This document shows, piece by piece, positions 16,853-26,933 of a stretch of 64,000 nt of DNA. The notes below the pieces were generated by a model that had not been told where the DNA came from, ran no database searches, and saw only the letters and a list, made by a program, of their open reading frames with translations. Source of the DNA: a virus; IMG/VR virus record IMGVR_UViG_3300028182_000001, positions 1 through 64,000 of that record; one strand, 5' to 3'. Position 1 is the first letter of the stretch. Every line of letters begins with the position of its first letter. A program made the translations under genes and the position numbers.

Positions 16853-18274
16853 TTATATGTAACTTGTAGTCTCTAATTCATGTCGTTTTGCGAACATCCG
16901 TAACGCTTCTCTCTCATCCTCATCGGGTTTACGGTTCGCAAATCCCCTAGCTTGTACAATCTTTTTACCTCGAATTTCTACCGTTACGAGTGGAGACTCT
17001 AGTTCATCCTTTTGACGAAGGAACACGACTGCCGAGTTTCCGTCTGCGATACGCTTGACGTAGGACGCTACGCAGTGTTGTAATGAGTTACCTTCTGTGA
17101 CCAATTCCTTCGGTTCTTTCGGTATAACAACCTTGTAACCTTTTAAACGATCCGAAGCTAGGTCTTGGTGCTTGTCCATTTGTTCTCGGAACTTCTTAGC
17201 AGTTACTGAGTCTACTGCTGACTTGTAGTTACGACTTACGATATCATGTTGTGTTCGTAAGTACTTCGGATACTTGTCGAACCTTGCGTACTCTAGGTCT
17301 ACACACATCTTGTAGTAATCCTTGTACTCACTGAATGCGGCCGAGAACTCTAACCCCTGACTGAAGTAGCACTCGAATAACAGGTACTCTATCATTTTGA
17401 GCACGTTAGGGTGTTGTTGCTGTGCTACATAACCCCAAAACCAGTAGTCATCGGGTCTACGATCCTTGTCATTCTTTCTAGCCATTTGCTCTACATATGT
17501 ACGTACAGACGCTGAACCTCGGAAAACAGGTAGTCTTGAATCGTCTAGGTATTTCTCTCCTAGCTTCTTGACGTATGTTATGTACCCTCGATACTCGTCC
17601 ATGTCCTTCTGTGTTAAGTGAGCCATGTCTTTTGCGTACACTATGATGTCTTTAGCACTAAACCCGTGCTCTTGCATGAACTTATACTGGGACTTCGTTA
17701 GTCCGAATATCTCATGTAGCTTCCTAACATCTCTTTTACCTGCATCTACAACTAACTGACGTAGTTCCCTTGAACTATTTTGGATGCTGATACCTGCTTT
17801 GTAAATAAGCTCTAGCTTATTATACTCTGTAATCAGTCGAATCAGTGCTCGGGATGTCATATTAACTCGTTCTTCCCCAAATGCTCCGATAGCCTTTAAC
17901 ATTGCATCGTACATTCCCTTGTTGTCCTCCACTGATACCATCGTGAAGAATTTTGCTACATTCTCGGCTGCCGTACGATCACGGGAGTAACTGTAACTAT
18001 CCTTCTCCCTCGGTATAACGATGTCTAGGTTCGGAATATTAAACCGTACCTCTTTCCCGTTACGCTTAATGAAGTACTTCTTGTTACGTAGGTCGTATAG
18101 CACCTCTGATAACGCTTCCTTGCCATTGTGCGTGTGTACTGCGTAGAAGTGGAACGAGTAACCCGTCTTCTCTATCATGTAGTATTTTACATGGTCAATC
18201 GTGTCGGCTAGTTCCATTTCACCATCTCTCAGCTCATCTAAGATAGTTTTAAACGTTTTTTCCAAATCTATCAT
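16853..18274 (-). CDS. PcfJ-domain protein
   Basis: HD...P....EL..EG..L.HCVASY...VFLR...P..T.EI....I.Q..G..N. Confidence 0.8.
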   Translation of the reverse strand: MIDLEKTFKTILDELRDGEMELADTIDHVKYYMIEKTGYSFHFYAVHTHNGKEALSEVLYDLRNKKYFIKRNGKEVRFNIPNLDIVIPREKDSYSYSRDRTAAENVAKFFTMVSVEDNKGMYDAMLKAIGAFGEERVNMTSRALIRLITEYNKLELIYKAGISIQNSSRELRQLVVDAGKRDVRKLHEIFGLTKSQYKFMQEHGFSAKDIIVYAKDMAHLTQKDMDEYRGYITYVKKLGEKYLDDSRLPVFRGSASVRTYVEQMARKNDKDRRPDDYWFWGYVAQQQHPNVLKMIEYLLFECYFSQGLEFSAAFSEYKDYYKMCVDLEYARFDKYPKYLRTQHDIVSRNYKSAVDSVTAKKFREQMDKHQDLASDRLKGYKVVIPKEPKELVTEGNSLQHCVASYVKRIADGNSAVVFLRQKDELESPLVTVEIRGKKIVQARGFANRKPDEDEREALRMFAKRHELETTSYI

Positions 18275-18310
18275 CTCCTCTAATTAGTCTGTATTGCTAT
18301 GTGTAACTCT

Positions 18311-18340
18311 ACTATATCATAGACACAAAAAAGCAGTCAA
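18311..18340 (-). promoter_or_regulatory. sigma-A promoter overlapping upstream terminator
   Basis: TTGACT-18-TATAGT with TG; -35 lies in hairpin AAAGCAGTCAA/TTGACTGCTTT (18330-18358). Confidence 0.7.
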
Positions 18341-18369
18341 CAAGAAATTGACTGCTTTTTACAAATTAT

Positions 18370-19161
18370 TTATCTAATTTTACCGATAAGGTACATGTGA
18401 GCATTCCATGCTAGGTGTAATCCACGATCCGATAATGCGTCTACTTCATGGACAGAAGTGTTAGGGTTCTGCTTTAAGTAGTAACGTACTAACGCATAGT
18501 CCTCAGTAGAGAACTCTGTCTTGTATTGTAACTCATCCTCGATTAGTTGGAGATGTAACAGAATACCGTTAGTTGCACTATCGTCTTGGCTCTGAATGTA
18601 GTCTAGTAACGTCATCTCGTCACGGCAAAATGCTATGCAACCACAGTTGTCACACGGAGATTCTTCTTCCTCCCAACGATCCTCATTATCTTCTTCGTTA
18701 TCATCTTCTTCCACTTCTGCACTAGCTACGTTATCGTTCTTTTCGAACAAGAACTCGTTGCCACCTTCCGTGAAAGTGATAAGGCTACTAGATACAGATA
18801 ACCTACCTTCTAAAATACCTTCTACAGTGGGGATGTGACATCCTGCGTATCCACGACGACTCTCTAATGTTTGGATAGCCATTCCTAAGCTAACTACCCA
18901 CATATCTTTGATAGTCTCGTGAGCAAATTCGTACGAGTCTGCTACACGTTGGATGAACTCTTCTAACGTTTCTTTCTTCTCTTTAACTGGTTCTTCTGAA
19001 CGTTCAGCTGCTACTAATACTTTGCTCAATTGTTCAATGGCATACTTGATATTACCTACAACATAGTCACTTTCTAAGTTCGTGGCACTTGTTGCTAAGT
19101 CATTGTGGACATCCTGCAATGTAGCCGATGCGTCATAAAGTATTGTTAAGATGTTTTTCAT
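18370..19161 (-). CDS. acidic hypothetical protein
   Basis: 263 aa, AGGAGG RBS. Confidence 0.75.
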   Translation of the reverse strand: MKNILTILYDASATLQDVHNDLATSATNLESDYVVGNIKYAIEQLSKVLVAAERSEEPVKEKKETLEEFIQRVADSYEFAHETIKDMWVVSLGMAIQTLESRRGYAGCHIPTVEGILEGRLSVSSSLITFTEGGNEFLFEKNDNVASAEVEEDDNEEDNEDRWEEEESPCDNCGCIAFCRDEMTLLDYIQSQDDSATNGILLHLQLIEDELQYKTEFSTEDYALVRYYLKQNPNTSVHEVDALSDRGLHLAWNAHMYLIGKIR

Positions 19162-19184
19162 ATGTAATTCCTCCTAATTATATC

Positions 19185-19904
19185 TTAATAGTTTAGTAAA
19201 CCTTTTTCTTCCAACTTAACGAATGATGGATGAACCTCACTTTGAGGAACCATGATTCCTTCTACTAAGTCGGCAATCTCTCCACGCTCACCTTTTGTTA
19301 AGTGAACATGTGTAAACATATCTGTTCTTCCGCTTGCATGTAGACCTTTTAGTAGCTTGTAGAATCCGTTGTTATCAGGGTTCTTTAGCTTGTCCACATC
19401 AATCTGTGCGAAGTTTCCTAGTAATATTAATTTACTACCTAAAGCTAATCGAGTACCGATAGCAGTCATCGTAGCGTTATCTAAGTTCTGCGCTTCGTCA
19501 ACCACTAAATATGTATCATGGTATGTTCCTCCACGGATCGTTTGAATGTGGTCGAGAACGATTTTACCATTATCTATGTAGTTCTTCATGTAATCTCCTT
19601 TATCCAATAACGTTAAGTTATCGAAGAAAGGTCGGAAGTATGGATTAGATTTTTCACCTAAGTCACCAGGTAGGAAACCAACTTCTTTACCTACATCTAC
19701 TTGAAGACGAGTGTAAACGAACTTTCCTGTGCTAGTGCTCCATCTTTTCTCCTCAAAAACTGTGTCAAAACCTACTGCCTGTGCAATTAGTGACTTACCT
19801 GTTCCTGCTCTACCTGTACCGATAATAATAGGTACTCGTGATTTACAAGCTTCTGCTAATGCTTTCTGACCAACGTTTCTTGCAGTGATCCCAAAGAACG
19901 ACAT
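19185..19904 (-). CDS. phoH: PhoH-like ATPase
   Basis: GRAGTGKS, GFLPG...K..PY, IRG, DEAQN, LLGN..Q.D. Confidence 0.92.
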   Translation of the reverse strand: MSFFGITARNVGQKALAEACKSRVPIIIGTGRAGTGKSLIAQAVGFDTVFEEKRWSTSTGKFVYTRLQVDVGKEVGFLPGDLGEKSNPYFRPFFDNLTLLDKGDYMKNYIDNGKIVLDHIQTIRGGTYHDTYLVVDEAQNLDNATMTAIGTRLALGSKLILLGNFAQIDVDKLKNPDNNGFYKLLKGLHASGRTDMFTHVHLTKGERGEIADLVEGIMVPQSEVHPSFVKLEEKGLLNY

Positions 19905-20036
19905 ATGTATTCTCCTTTGCTATAGGTATTTTTTCAACCTTTACACTAATTATACCACACGCTACACCATCCCCTTGTCTTCTAGCTCCGTCAATATCAA
20001 CGCTCTATGTTATATGCTACCTGCTAGATTACTTAT

Positions 20037-20066
20037 AGTATAGCTTGTACATATTCTATATGTCAA
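20037..20066 (-). promoter_or_regulatory. sigma-A promoter
   Basis: TTGACA-18-TATACT. Confidence 0.7.
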
Positions 20067-20080
20067 CAATAAATTAAAAG

Positions 20081-20107
20081 AAAAAGAGACTACTAAATGT
20101 AGTCTCT
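20081..20107 (-). terminator. intrinsic terminator
   Basis: AGAGACTAC/GTAGTCTCT stem plus T-tract on minus strand. Confidence 0.7.
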
Positions 20108-20420
20108 AAATCTTGTCCGAGATATAGTCCATAATAGCGACATAATCTGTATCCGTTTGGAAGCTAAATACGAACTCTACACCTGCGGTTTTAACGATGT
20201 TAACTTGTTCGGCCGCTACTGGACAACGCCATGCAGGTTGTCGTCCGATGTGTCGAGCTACATGGATGAACTCTGCCGTTTCTCCTTCTTTCTCAAGCAT
20301 GAGTTTGGAAGGAATGAAGATAGAGTGCTCCGTCTTCATTTTCCCTACCGTTTTACGATCCTTGAAAAACGCTACCGTATCTTTTAACTGAGCCGTTAGA
20401 GTCTTACGAGTCGTCTCCAT
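20106..20420 (-). CDS. hypothetical protein
   Basis: 104 aa, coupled to upstream gene. Confidence 0.7.
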   Translation of the reverse strand: METTRKTLTAQLKDTVAFFKDRKTVGKMKTEHSIFIPSKLMLEKEGETAEFIHVARHIGRQPAWRCPVAAEQVNIVKTAGVEFVFSFQTDTDYVAIMDYISDKI

Positions 20421-21208
20421 TATTCCTCATCCTTTTTAGGGAACGTATTCTCTTTCCATGAATCATAGTTCTTCTCTTGGATGAATCCAAAGATGAACGC
20501 AATCTCTGTCCCTTCTAGACCGTTTGTAATAGGTGATACACCTGTAGGACATTGACCTGTTCCATCCTCTAACAGGATTTTCATGCCCTCTCCTAATGGT
20601 AGTACGTTTCCTTCTGAAACATGGTATGCGAACCGTCTAGAAAGCTCTGCACTATCTAAACCGTATTCTACACCTTTACTGAAGATTAACTTGTGTGTAT
20701 ACGGGTCATCCTCATATTTGCTAACAACCTGTACAAAGTTGTAGTCCTTTGTTTCGTCATCGGACTTAGCGATGTAGAACTTGAAGTCAGTGAACGTCTT
20801 TTTAGCGAGTTCTGCTAGTAACTCGACAACTTCTGTATAGTTATCGTATGTAGGTTTACGTGTAACTAAGTCTTTTAGTGTCAACGTATTTTTAATTTCA
20901 GGTTTGATTAGTGGCATCAAGAACCCTCCTTGTGTTGTCCCGTCTACCCAAAGACTGCTCTCTGCTTCAAACGGCTTACGCTTATCCACCATGTTAGTTT
21001 CTGTCATATTATCTTCTCCTCTTTCGATTGTATTTTTTACTTCCTCAAAGATATCTTTTACCAATATTCTAATGTTCTCTTCTGTCTCCGCTTCCTCTCG
21101 GACTCGTTCGACTGCCTTTATATACCCTATGAATAGTATTACCGTATACAGGAGTACCCCTGATAATCCTAATATGGCAACTGTAATATTATGATCTGCT
21201 TCCGTCAT
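20420..21208 (-). CDS. membrane-anchored conserved phage protein
   Basis: 262 aa, N-terminal TM; possible internal start at 21008 (AGGAG). Confidence 0.7.
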   Translation of the reverse strand: MTEADHNITVAILGLSGVLLYTVILFIGYIKAVERVREEAETEENIRILVKDIFEEVKNTIERGEDNMTETNMVDKRKPFEAESSLWVDGTTQGGFLMPLIKPEIKNTLTLKDLVTRKPTYDNYTEVVELLAELAKKTFTDFKFYIAKSDDETKDYNFVQVVSKYEDDPYTHKLIFSKGVEYGLDSAELSRRFAYHVSEGNVLPLGEGMKILLEDGTGQCPTGVSPITNGLEGTEIAFIFGFIQEKNYDSWKENTFPKKDEE

Positions 21209-21225
21209 TGTGCATTACCTCGCTT

Positions 21226-21405
21226 CTAGCGATCCCTAATCCCCTCTATTAAACTCCTTACGATTAGATAAGGGTACAATAGTATGACTAGGTACCAAAA
21301 ATGTAGGATTAACCCACCCCAGTTAGACGTTGTTACTGCATAAATCAGTAGACCAACACCAATCAATAGATACAACACAATACCGATAAGTATGTACGAT
21401 AACAT
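21226..21405 (-). CDS. small membrane protein (59 aa, not in ORF track)
   Basis: MLSYILIGIVLYLLIGVGLL..., AGGAGG RBS, two hydrophobic helices. Confidence 0.6.
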   Translation of the reverse strand: MLSYILIGIVLYLLIGVGLLIYAVTTSNWGGLILHFWYLVILLYPYLIVRSLIEGIRDR

Positions 21406-21581
21406 TAACTACCCTCCTTGTTCGGTGTAAAAAGAGGTTCCCCATTGTAGTCTTCTTTCTTCGTAATGTCCAGTAAAGCTGCTCTATCTAATTCAACACC
21501 TAACTCTTGTGCCCTCTTAGCCAAACGCATCATCAACTCACGAGTTGCATCGGGAGATAGCTTGTACTTCTCTCTCTTCAC
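21405..21581 (-). CDS. hypothetical protein (58 aa, not in ORF track)
   Basis: GTG start after GGTGGTG; TAATG coupling. Confidence 0.55.
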   Translation of the reverse strand: MKREKYKLSPDATRELMMRLAKRAQELGVELDRAALLDITKKEDYNGEPLFTPNKEGS

Positions 21582-21640
21582 CTATATCACCACCTGTATT
21601 TATTATAACATATTCACACTAGTTACTGGGTCTTATAAAC

Positions 21641-21666
21641 AAAAAAAAGAGTAGCAATTGCTACTC
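21641..21666 (-). terminator. intrinsic terminator
   Basis: GAGTAGC/GCTACTC stem plus T8. Confidence 0.75.
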
Positions 21667-22231
21667 ACGTTACAGGTGCGCCTGTTCCATCTACCCAACC
21701 GTTGTTAGTTGCGTTACGGTATAATGGTTTATTCAATGTTGTATCGAAGAAGTATTGACCTGCTACCGTACCAGTCGAAGGACGTTGTGTAGTCGTTCCT
21801 GAAGGGAATAGGTTGATTGTAACGTTACCGTTTGCGTCAGGAGCCACGTTGTTTACTTTCTTCACGAATCCTGCTGTACTAGGGATAGTAATTGTTACGT
21901 TTCCATTTGCGTCAGGTAAGTTACTGTTAACTGATTTTACCATTCCTGCGGTACTCGGGATTGTTATTGTAACGTTACCATTCGCATCGGGAACAGTATT
22001 ATTAACCTTCTTAACAAGACCAGTTAGTGTTACGTTACCATTTGTGTCAGGGTTAGTACTGTTAACCTGCTTAACCATACCTTGGATATCTTCTTTTGTT
22101 GCGTAGTCTCCTGTATTTCCTGCGCCCAACTCTTTAATTGCTAAGTCTAGCTCACCAATCTTCCCTAGTACGTCAGGGTTGTTTTGGTATACACCATTAC
22201 GGATCATTGGCATATTATTATCCATTGTCAT
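21665..22231 (-). CDS. repeat-containing fibre-like virion protein
   Basis: Four VKxVNxxxPDxNGNVT repeats; C-terminal GQYFFDTTLNKP...W motif. Confidence 0.7.
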   Translation of the reverse strand: MTMDNNMPMIRNGVYQNNPDVLGKIGELDLAIKELGAGNTGDYATKEDIQGMVKQVNSTNPDTNGNVTLTGLVKKVNNTVPDANGNVTITIPSTAGMVKSVNSNLPDANGNVTITIPSTAGFVKKVNNVAPDANGNVTINLFPSGTTTQRPSTGTVAGQYFFDTTLNKPLYRNATNNGWVDGTGAPVT

Positions 22232-22291
22232 CTTCCTTTCCTATTTCTTAAAAAAGAAAACCGACCCTATTTAGAGTCGGCTTCTGTGTAA

Positions 22292-23110
22292 TTACTGGAA
22301 TGTTCCCCAGTAAGAGATACGTTTACCATCACGAGTTTCACCAGTCGCAAGGTATGTACCATCTACGCCTTTGATCCAAACGTAACCGTCTCTCTCCATT
22401 CCGAATGAACTGTATGTGTACGATTTTCCACTTTCTAAAGTTCGAATGTGTTCAGCGTTTACACTTGGCTCACTTCTAACTTTGATTGTAGTATTAGCTG
22501 TGAATACACCGTTTTGTGGTGTGAACCAACTAGAGTCGTATCCACCTCCACCAGTGCTCCCACCAGTAGAACCTCCACCTGTGTTTCCACCTGAACCTGT
22601 ACGTTGACCTGTGATAGCGTAGCAGATAGAATCTGCGATTTTATCTACGTTCCACTTAGCCATGTCGCTCTCGTTGTCGATGAATCCTAATTCGATTAAG
22701 ATAGCAGGTGCGCTAGTAGTGTTTAACACGTAAAGGTCTGTACGTACTTTAGCTCCACGGTTAGACCAGCCAATGTCATCAGACAGTTGTTTAGAAACTT
22801 TAGCAGCTAGAGCTTGTTGGTCGTAGTAGCAAACCTCAACCCCGTTAGCAGAACCGTTGAATGCGTTTAAGTGCAACGAGATGTCTAAGTCTACTCGATG
22901 AGCGTTACATTTAGCTACGATGTTACGTAGGTTAGCAGACTGTGTAGAGCCTGTTTCATCTGTGCAATCGTATACTGTATGTCCTAGACTACGAAGCTTG
23001 CTGATTAAAGCGTCTTTTACTTGGCGGTCCATGATGTGCTCTTTACGATTTCCGTAGTTAGCTCCCTGGACGATGCCATTGTGCCCTCCGTGTACGTTAT
23101 AAGTTCCCAT
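22292..23110 (-). CDS. endolysin, N-acetylmuramoyl-L-alanine amidase (Amidase_3) plus SH3 cell-wall-binding domain
   Basis: HGGH...E, ISLHLNA, PAILIELGFIDN, Gly linker, SH3b-like C-terminus. Confidence 0.93.
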   Translation of the reverse strand: MGTYNVHGGHNGIVQGANYGNRKEHIMDRQVKDALISKLRSLGHTVYDCTDETGSTQSANLRNIVAKCNAHRVDLDISLHLNAFNGSANGVEVCYYDQQALAAKVSKQLSDDIGWSNRGAKVRTDLYVLNTTSAPAILIELGFIDNESDMAKWNVDKIADSICYAITGQRTGSGGNTGGGSTGGSTGGGGYDSSWFTPQNGVFTANTTIKVRSEPSVNAEHIRTLESGKSYTYSSFGMERDGYVWIKGVDGTYLATGETRDGKRISYWGTFQ

Positions 23111-23175
23111 ACTAATTCCTCTCCTTTGTTATGTAGTCAATACCCACCATTAATATAACGGTTGGGATGGTAAAT

Positions 23176-24972
23176 CTAGTAACCTTTAGCGAAAATATCT
23201 GTAACTGCTGGTGCCATACTATCTACAGTCGTATACGCAAATGCGTTCTCCTGTGTTAGTGTGATGTACGGCTCTAGTACGTGCTCCATTCCGACCATAC
23301 TATACACCGATGATTGTGCGTAGTGGTCATCTCCACGATCCGTGATAATCTGATAAACTTCACCAGTCTTCTCATCTTCCTCGTCTCGGATAACTACGTT
23401 CTTCCAGTGGTGTAGGTATAACTCTAGGTCTCTATCTGTTTGTTGGTAGAATCCTAAGCGGCCCATCTTCATATCGGCAATGTGACGTTTGTTTTGTGTA
23501 AGCTTGTCCACTGTAACTCGTGATTGGCTTTCAGACCATGAAGGTTGAATCTGACCAGTTGAACGGGGGTTAGGGTTTACTTTCACACCGTATACTCGTC
23601 CTACTCCGAAGTGTTGGATAAGTTTCTCAACATAGTTACCACTGTCACCGATGTCGGCACAGATGATATCGGGATTGTACGGGATTAACTGATTGATGAT
23701 GTTCTCTAAGTCGGCTTCGATATTAGCTACCCCACGAGCACGCTCTACAGAGAATATACGAATCATATCAATCATACCGTTATCTCGGAATCCACGGACT
23801 GTAACCCAATGACGGTTCCCCCAGTCGATACCTACTGAAATGAATCGGTAATCTCCTCGGTTAAATAATGGTTCACGTAAGTGCTCACGCTTATTACCCA
23901 TTACGTCATTGTCTTGGACCGCTAACGCTACGTCCTGGTACGGGAATCCTAAAACGTAGTTGTAGAAATGCTGTTTCGATTTTGCTTTAAGCTCTTTACG
24001 TTTTAGCTCATCGGCACTAACCCATACTGCATTCATCTGTGTGATTAGGTATCCACGAGTACCTTGGTTGTTTTCCGTACGTGTCGGATATGCGGCTACC
24101 CATGATCCATTATACCATCTATCTAGCAATGCACCACAGTTAGAGCAAATAAATCTGAATGTTCCGTCTTTTACAGTTTTAGCTAGTACATCTACTCCTG
24201 CTTCGTCCGTACACTCGATATTCTTCTCGTAATCTAGTTGTTGTCTCATTCCACACTTGTCACATTTGTGCATGTACACTCGTTGGTCTGATTGGTTGTA
24301 CAATGCGTGAATACCGTAATCAGGTACTGTAGGTGTTGACCATCTTCGTAAAATTTTAAATTGTGAAGACGACATAGATTCCATCGCTGAAATCTCGGCA
24401 CTTGCAGTTACACGGTCATACTCATCCAGTGATAAGAAGTCGATATCCACACCCTCTACGGCTGCTCCTTTAGAAGATGAACGGAACAGAATGAAACTGT
24501 TACGAATCTTTTTCTTCTCCAAGGAATCCACTTTCGGATCGGAAATCGTAGAGTAGTATCCTGCTTCTAGTAACGGGTTAATACGTGTTGATACGAAATC
24601 TTTCATCTGACGGTTCGTAGGGAACGTATAAAGGCACTTAACACCTGCATAGGAGTGTTGGTCTGCGAAGTGAATCATCTCCCCTACGCCAATCTCTGAT
24701 AGCCCTAACTGACGGGACTTGATTACTGCTTTATCAGGGTGTGTATCGTTAATCATCTCAATCTGCCACGGACGGTGAGCCTGTGCCTTTGAAGAATCCA
24801 TTCCTCCGATGTGGAAGGTAATTGGATGGTTCTTAACCCTGTGATGTTTCAGCAAGTAAGAAGAACAGTTCAACATCGTCAGTACGTATGCTAGTTCTTC
24901 CTTCGTTAGGTCTGTACGACCGAATGTTTGTCTTGCAACGTTTGCAAGCATTTTTCCATCAAAATTATTCAT
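23176..24972 (-). CDS. terL: terminase large subunit
   Basis: KSRQLGLSE Walker A, LSLDEYD Walker B, STPT coupling motif, GIDWG nuclease motif, DDH. Confidence 0.93.
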   Translation of the reverse strand: MNNFDGKMLANVARQTFGRTDLTKEELAYVLTMLNCSSYLLKHHRVKNHPITFHIGGMDSSKAQAHRPWQIEMINDTHPDKAVIKSRQLGLSEIGVGEMIHFADQHSYAGVKCLYTFPTNRQMKDFVSTRINPLLEAGYYSTISDPKVDSLEKKKIRNSFILFRSSSKGAAVEGVDIDFLSLDEYDRVTASAEISAMESMSSSQFKILRRWSTPTVPDYGIHALYNQSDQRVYMHKCDKCGMRQQLDYEKNIECTDEAGVDVLAKTVKDGTFRFICSNCGALLDRWYNGSWVAAYPTRTENNQGTRGYLITQMNAVWVSADELKRKELKAKSKQHFYNYVLGFPYQDVALAVQDNDVMGNKREHLREPLFNRGDYRFISVGIDWGNRHWVTVRGFRDNGMIDMIRIFSVERARGVANIEADLENIINQLIPYNPDIICADIGDSGNYVEKLIQHFGVGRVYGVKVNPNPRSTGQIQPSWSESQSRVTVDKLTQNKRHIADMKMGRLGFYQQTDRDLELYLHHWKNVVIRDEEDEKTGEVYQIITDRGDDHYAQSSVYSMVGMEHVLEPYITLTQENAFAYTTVDSMAPAVTDIFAKGY

Positions 24973-25391
24973 TAGAATGCACCCTCGTTTTCTGCGTTCT
25001 GTGCGGTATCTAGTTTTCGGATTAGGTCTGCCATATCGTCTACGGACATGTCCATAACGTCCATACGACCTTCCTCATCGGCAGCAATCTTACCTTCCTG
25101 AATCTGATCCTTTAATACTTTATCTTGACGCATATTGATTTCAGGAAGCATACCTGTGTTACCTTGACCATCCATAACTTCTGTGATACCGTTAATCTCT
25201 TTGTACGCTCCGATTACACGAATGAAGTCGGAAATGTTATCAATTGGAATTTCCCCCGATTCCATTCGTTGGATAAATAGTTTAAGAGATTTTGATGCCG
25301 CAGAGTTAATTAACTCACGTAATTCTTGTTCACTTGAGAAGTCTTCCTTTTTCTTCTTCACGCCTTGCTTGATATTGTTTGACATCGACAT
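24972..25391 (-). CDS. putative terminase small subunit
   Basis: 139 aa, translationally coupled upstream of terL as in Herelleviridae. Confidence 0.5.
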   Translation of the reverse strand: MSMSNNIKQGVKKKKEDFSSEQELRELINSAASKSLKLFIQRMESGEIPIDNISDFIRVIGAYKEINGITEVMDGQGNTGMLPEINMRQDKVLKDQIQEGKIAADEEGRMDVMDMSVDDMADLIRKLDTAQNAENEGAF

Positions 25392-25668
25392 CCTCTTCCA
25401 ACTCCCCTTTCTGTTTTAATGTTCTGTAGCATGAGGTTATGTCTGTACATGCGTCCACGATAAATAGGTCATTTACGTGGTATCTCGTATGAGCCTGTAT
25501 AATTATGTATTTGTTCTCATTAATAATCAGAGAAGATAGAGGGCGGCCACAGACTACGCATATCTTCGGACTGTAGACCCTCTTGTCACCTTTCTTAAAT
25601 GAGACCTTTTTCTTCGCTAGGCTAACTAGCTTCTTCCTCTTTTCTACCACTTCTCTTTTTGTTACCAT
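25330..25668 (-). CDS. basic Cys-containing hypothetical protein
   Basis: CVVC...C....C; GAGGA RBS. Confidence 0.65.
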   Translation of the reverse strand: MVTKREVVEKRKKLVSLAKKKVSFKKGDKRVYSPKICVVCGRPLSSLIINENKYIIIQAHTRYHVNDLFIVDACTDITSCYRTLKQKGELEEDVDVKQYQARREEEKGRLLK

Positions 25669-26213
25669 TACTCCTCATCTTCCTCGTCCTCGTCATCATC
25701 ATCATCCTCTTCTTCTGCACCCATATTCTCTATGTACTCGTCATAAGCGTAGAGACGTTCTTCTATGAAGGCATCCCCATCGAATGATTCTTTGTCCTTA
25801 AAGGCTAGACTGTACAGGTAAGGTAGCTCTAGAATAATTTCCATTACAACCGTCTCGGCTACATTGGCAGAAGTTACGATCCCATAACGAATGAATTGGT
25901 TGATTACTTTTGTTTCGTACTTATCGTGAAGATACTTGATGATGTCCTCTTCTGTTTTCTCGATGTCGTCTTGGAGATGAGCGTAGTCGTAAGCCATATG
26001 TAGTGCATTCACCGTAAGCACAATCTCGATGTCTGTGACGAGCGTTTTAAATGAGGAAGTCACTGGGTAGTACTTACCGTCCTTCTCCACCAGCTCTACG
26101 ATTAACCCTGCACCGTGTACAATATCGGCCGCTAAGTCTCTAATTGCATACGTCTGTACTAAATCCTTGTAACGTTCCAATTCCTGCTCTGTAAATCCAA
26201 ACATTCTAAGCAC
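25668..26213 (-). CDS. hypothetical protein with acidic tail
   Basis: 181 aa. Confidence 0.7.
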   Translation of the reverse strand: MLRMFGFTEQELERYKDLVQTYAIRDLAADIVHGAGLIVELVEKDGKYYPVTSSFKTLVTDIEIVLTVNALHMAYDYAHLQDDIEKTEEDIIKYLHDKYETKVINQFIRYGIVTSANVAETVVMEIILELPYLYSLAFKDKESFDGDAFIEERLYAYDEYIENMGAEEEDDDDDEDEEDEE

Positions 26214-26227
26214 CTACCTTTTCTGAA

Positions 26228-26509
26228 TTATGGTCTATGGTCTCTGCCCTTCGGACTATATCGAAGCATCATAATATTGACCAAACTCTGACGCTCCTGT
26301 TGTGCTCTCTGTTCCCCTTTGCGAATGATATAGTCGTATGAGCCAACCACGATAAAAGCTAATAGAGCACCACATACAACGTAGGATAGTGTTGTGTGTT
26401 CAATCGGCATACCGTATTTTACTGCGAAATCTGTAATCGCAATGGCAAGAGCTTCTGCTAAGAGAATTAACATAACTTTCAGGTACACATGTTTACTATA
26501 TTTCTTCAT
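26228..26509 (-). CDS. membrane protein (2 TM)
   Basis: 93 aa, hydrophobic segments. Confidence 0.65.
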   Translation of the reverse strand: MKKYSKHVYLKVMLILLAEALAIAITDFAVKYGMPIEHTTLSYVVCGALLAFIVVGSYDYIIRKGEQRAQQERQSLVNIMMLRYSPKGRDHRP

Positions 26510-26627
26510 TTTCGATAACCCCCACTTGAGAAAATAATTTATACCTTTAATATAGAGGATTATCGAAAAAATACACTGTAAAGTCTTATATTAATAGGGA
26601 TTAATAAAGTGAAGAGGGTGTGAAGCC

Positions 26628-26933
26628 ATGATACTCCTAGTTACATCGCTTACTTTCACCCTTATCTTCTATATTATTACTTCGTATATTTCATATATAA
26701 CTGCGTCTATCCTACACAAGGGGATAATGTTTAAGCTACTGTTTCCGACAATTAAAGCTCTTGCATTCATCACACTAGTTTATATCTCTATTATATCAGA
26801 TACGATCCTATACAGGAGTGAGATGTACCAAACCATAACTATTAAAAACGGCTTACTACTTTTACTAGTTACGACTGCCCTTATGAATAATAGAGAACGA
26901 AAGGAGATTGAAGATGAACGTAGTAGGGAATAA
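26628..26933 (+). CDS. membrane protein (3 TM)
   Basis: 101 aa, hydrophobic; GAGGG RBS. Confidence 0.65.
   Translation: MILLVTSLTFTLIFYIITSYISYITASILHKGIMFKLLFPTIKALAFITLVYISIISDTILYRSEMYQTITIKNGLLLLLVTTALMNNRERKEIEDERSRE

Noticed and set aside
15700-24972. Group I introns, inteins or homing endonucleases in thyA or terL
   Set aside because: Both ORFs are continuous and of normal length; no HNH, GIY-YIG or intein motifs seen
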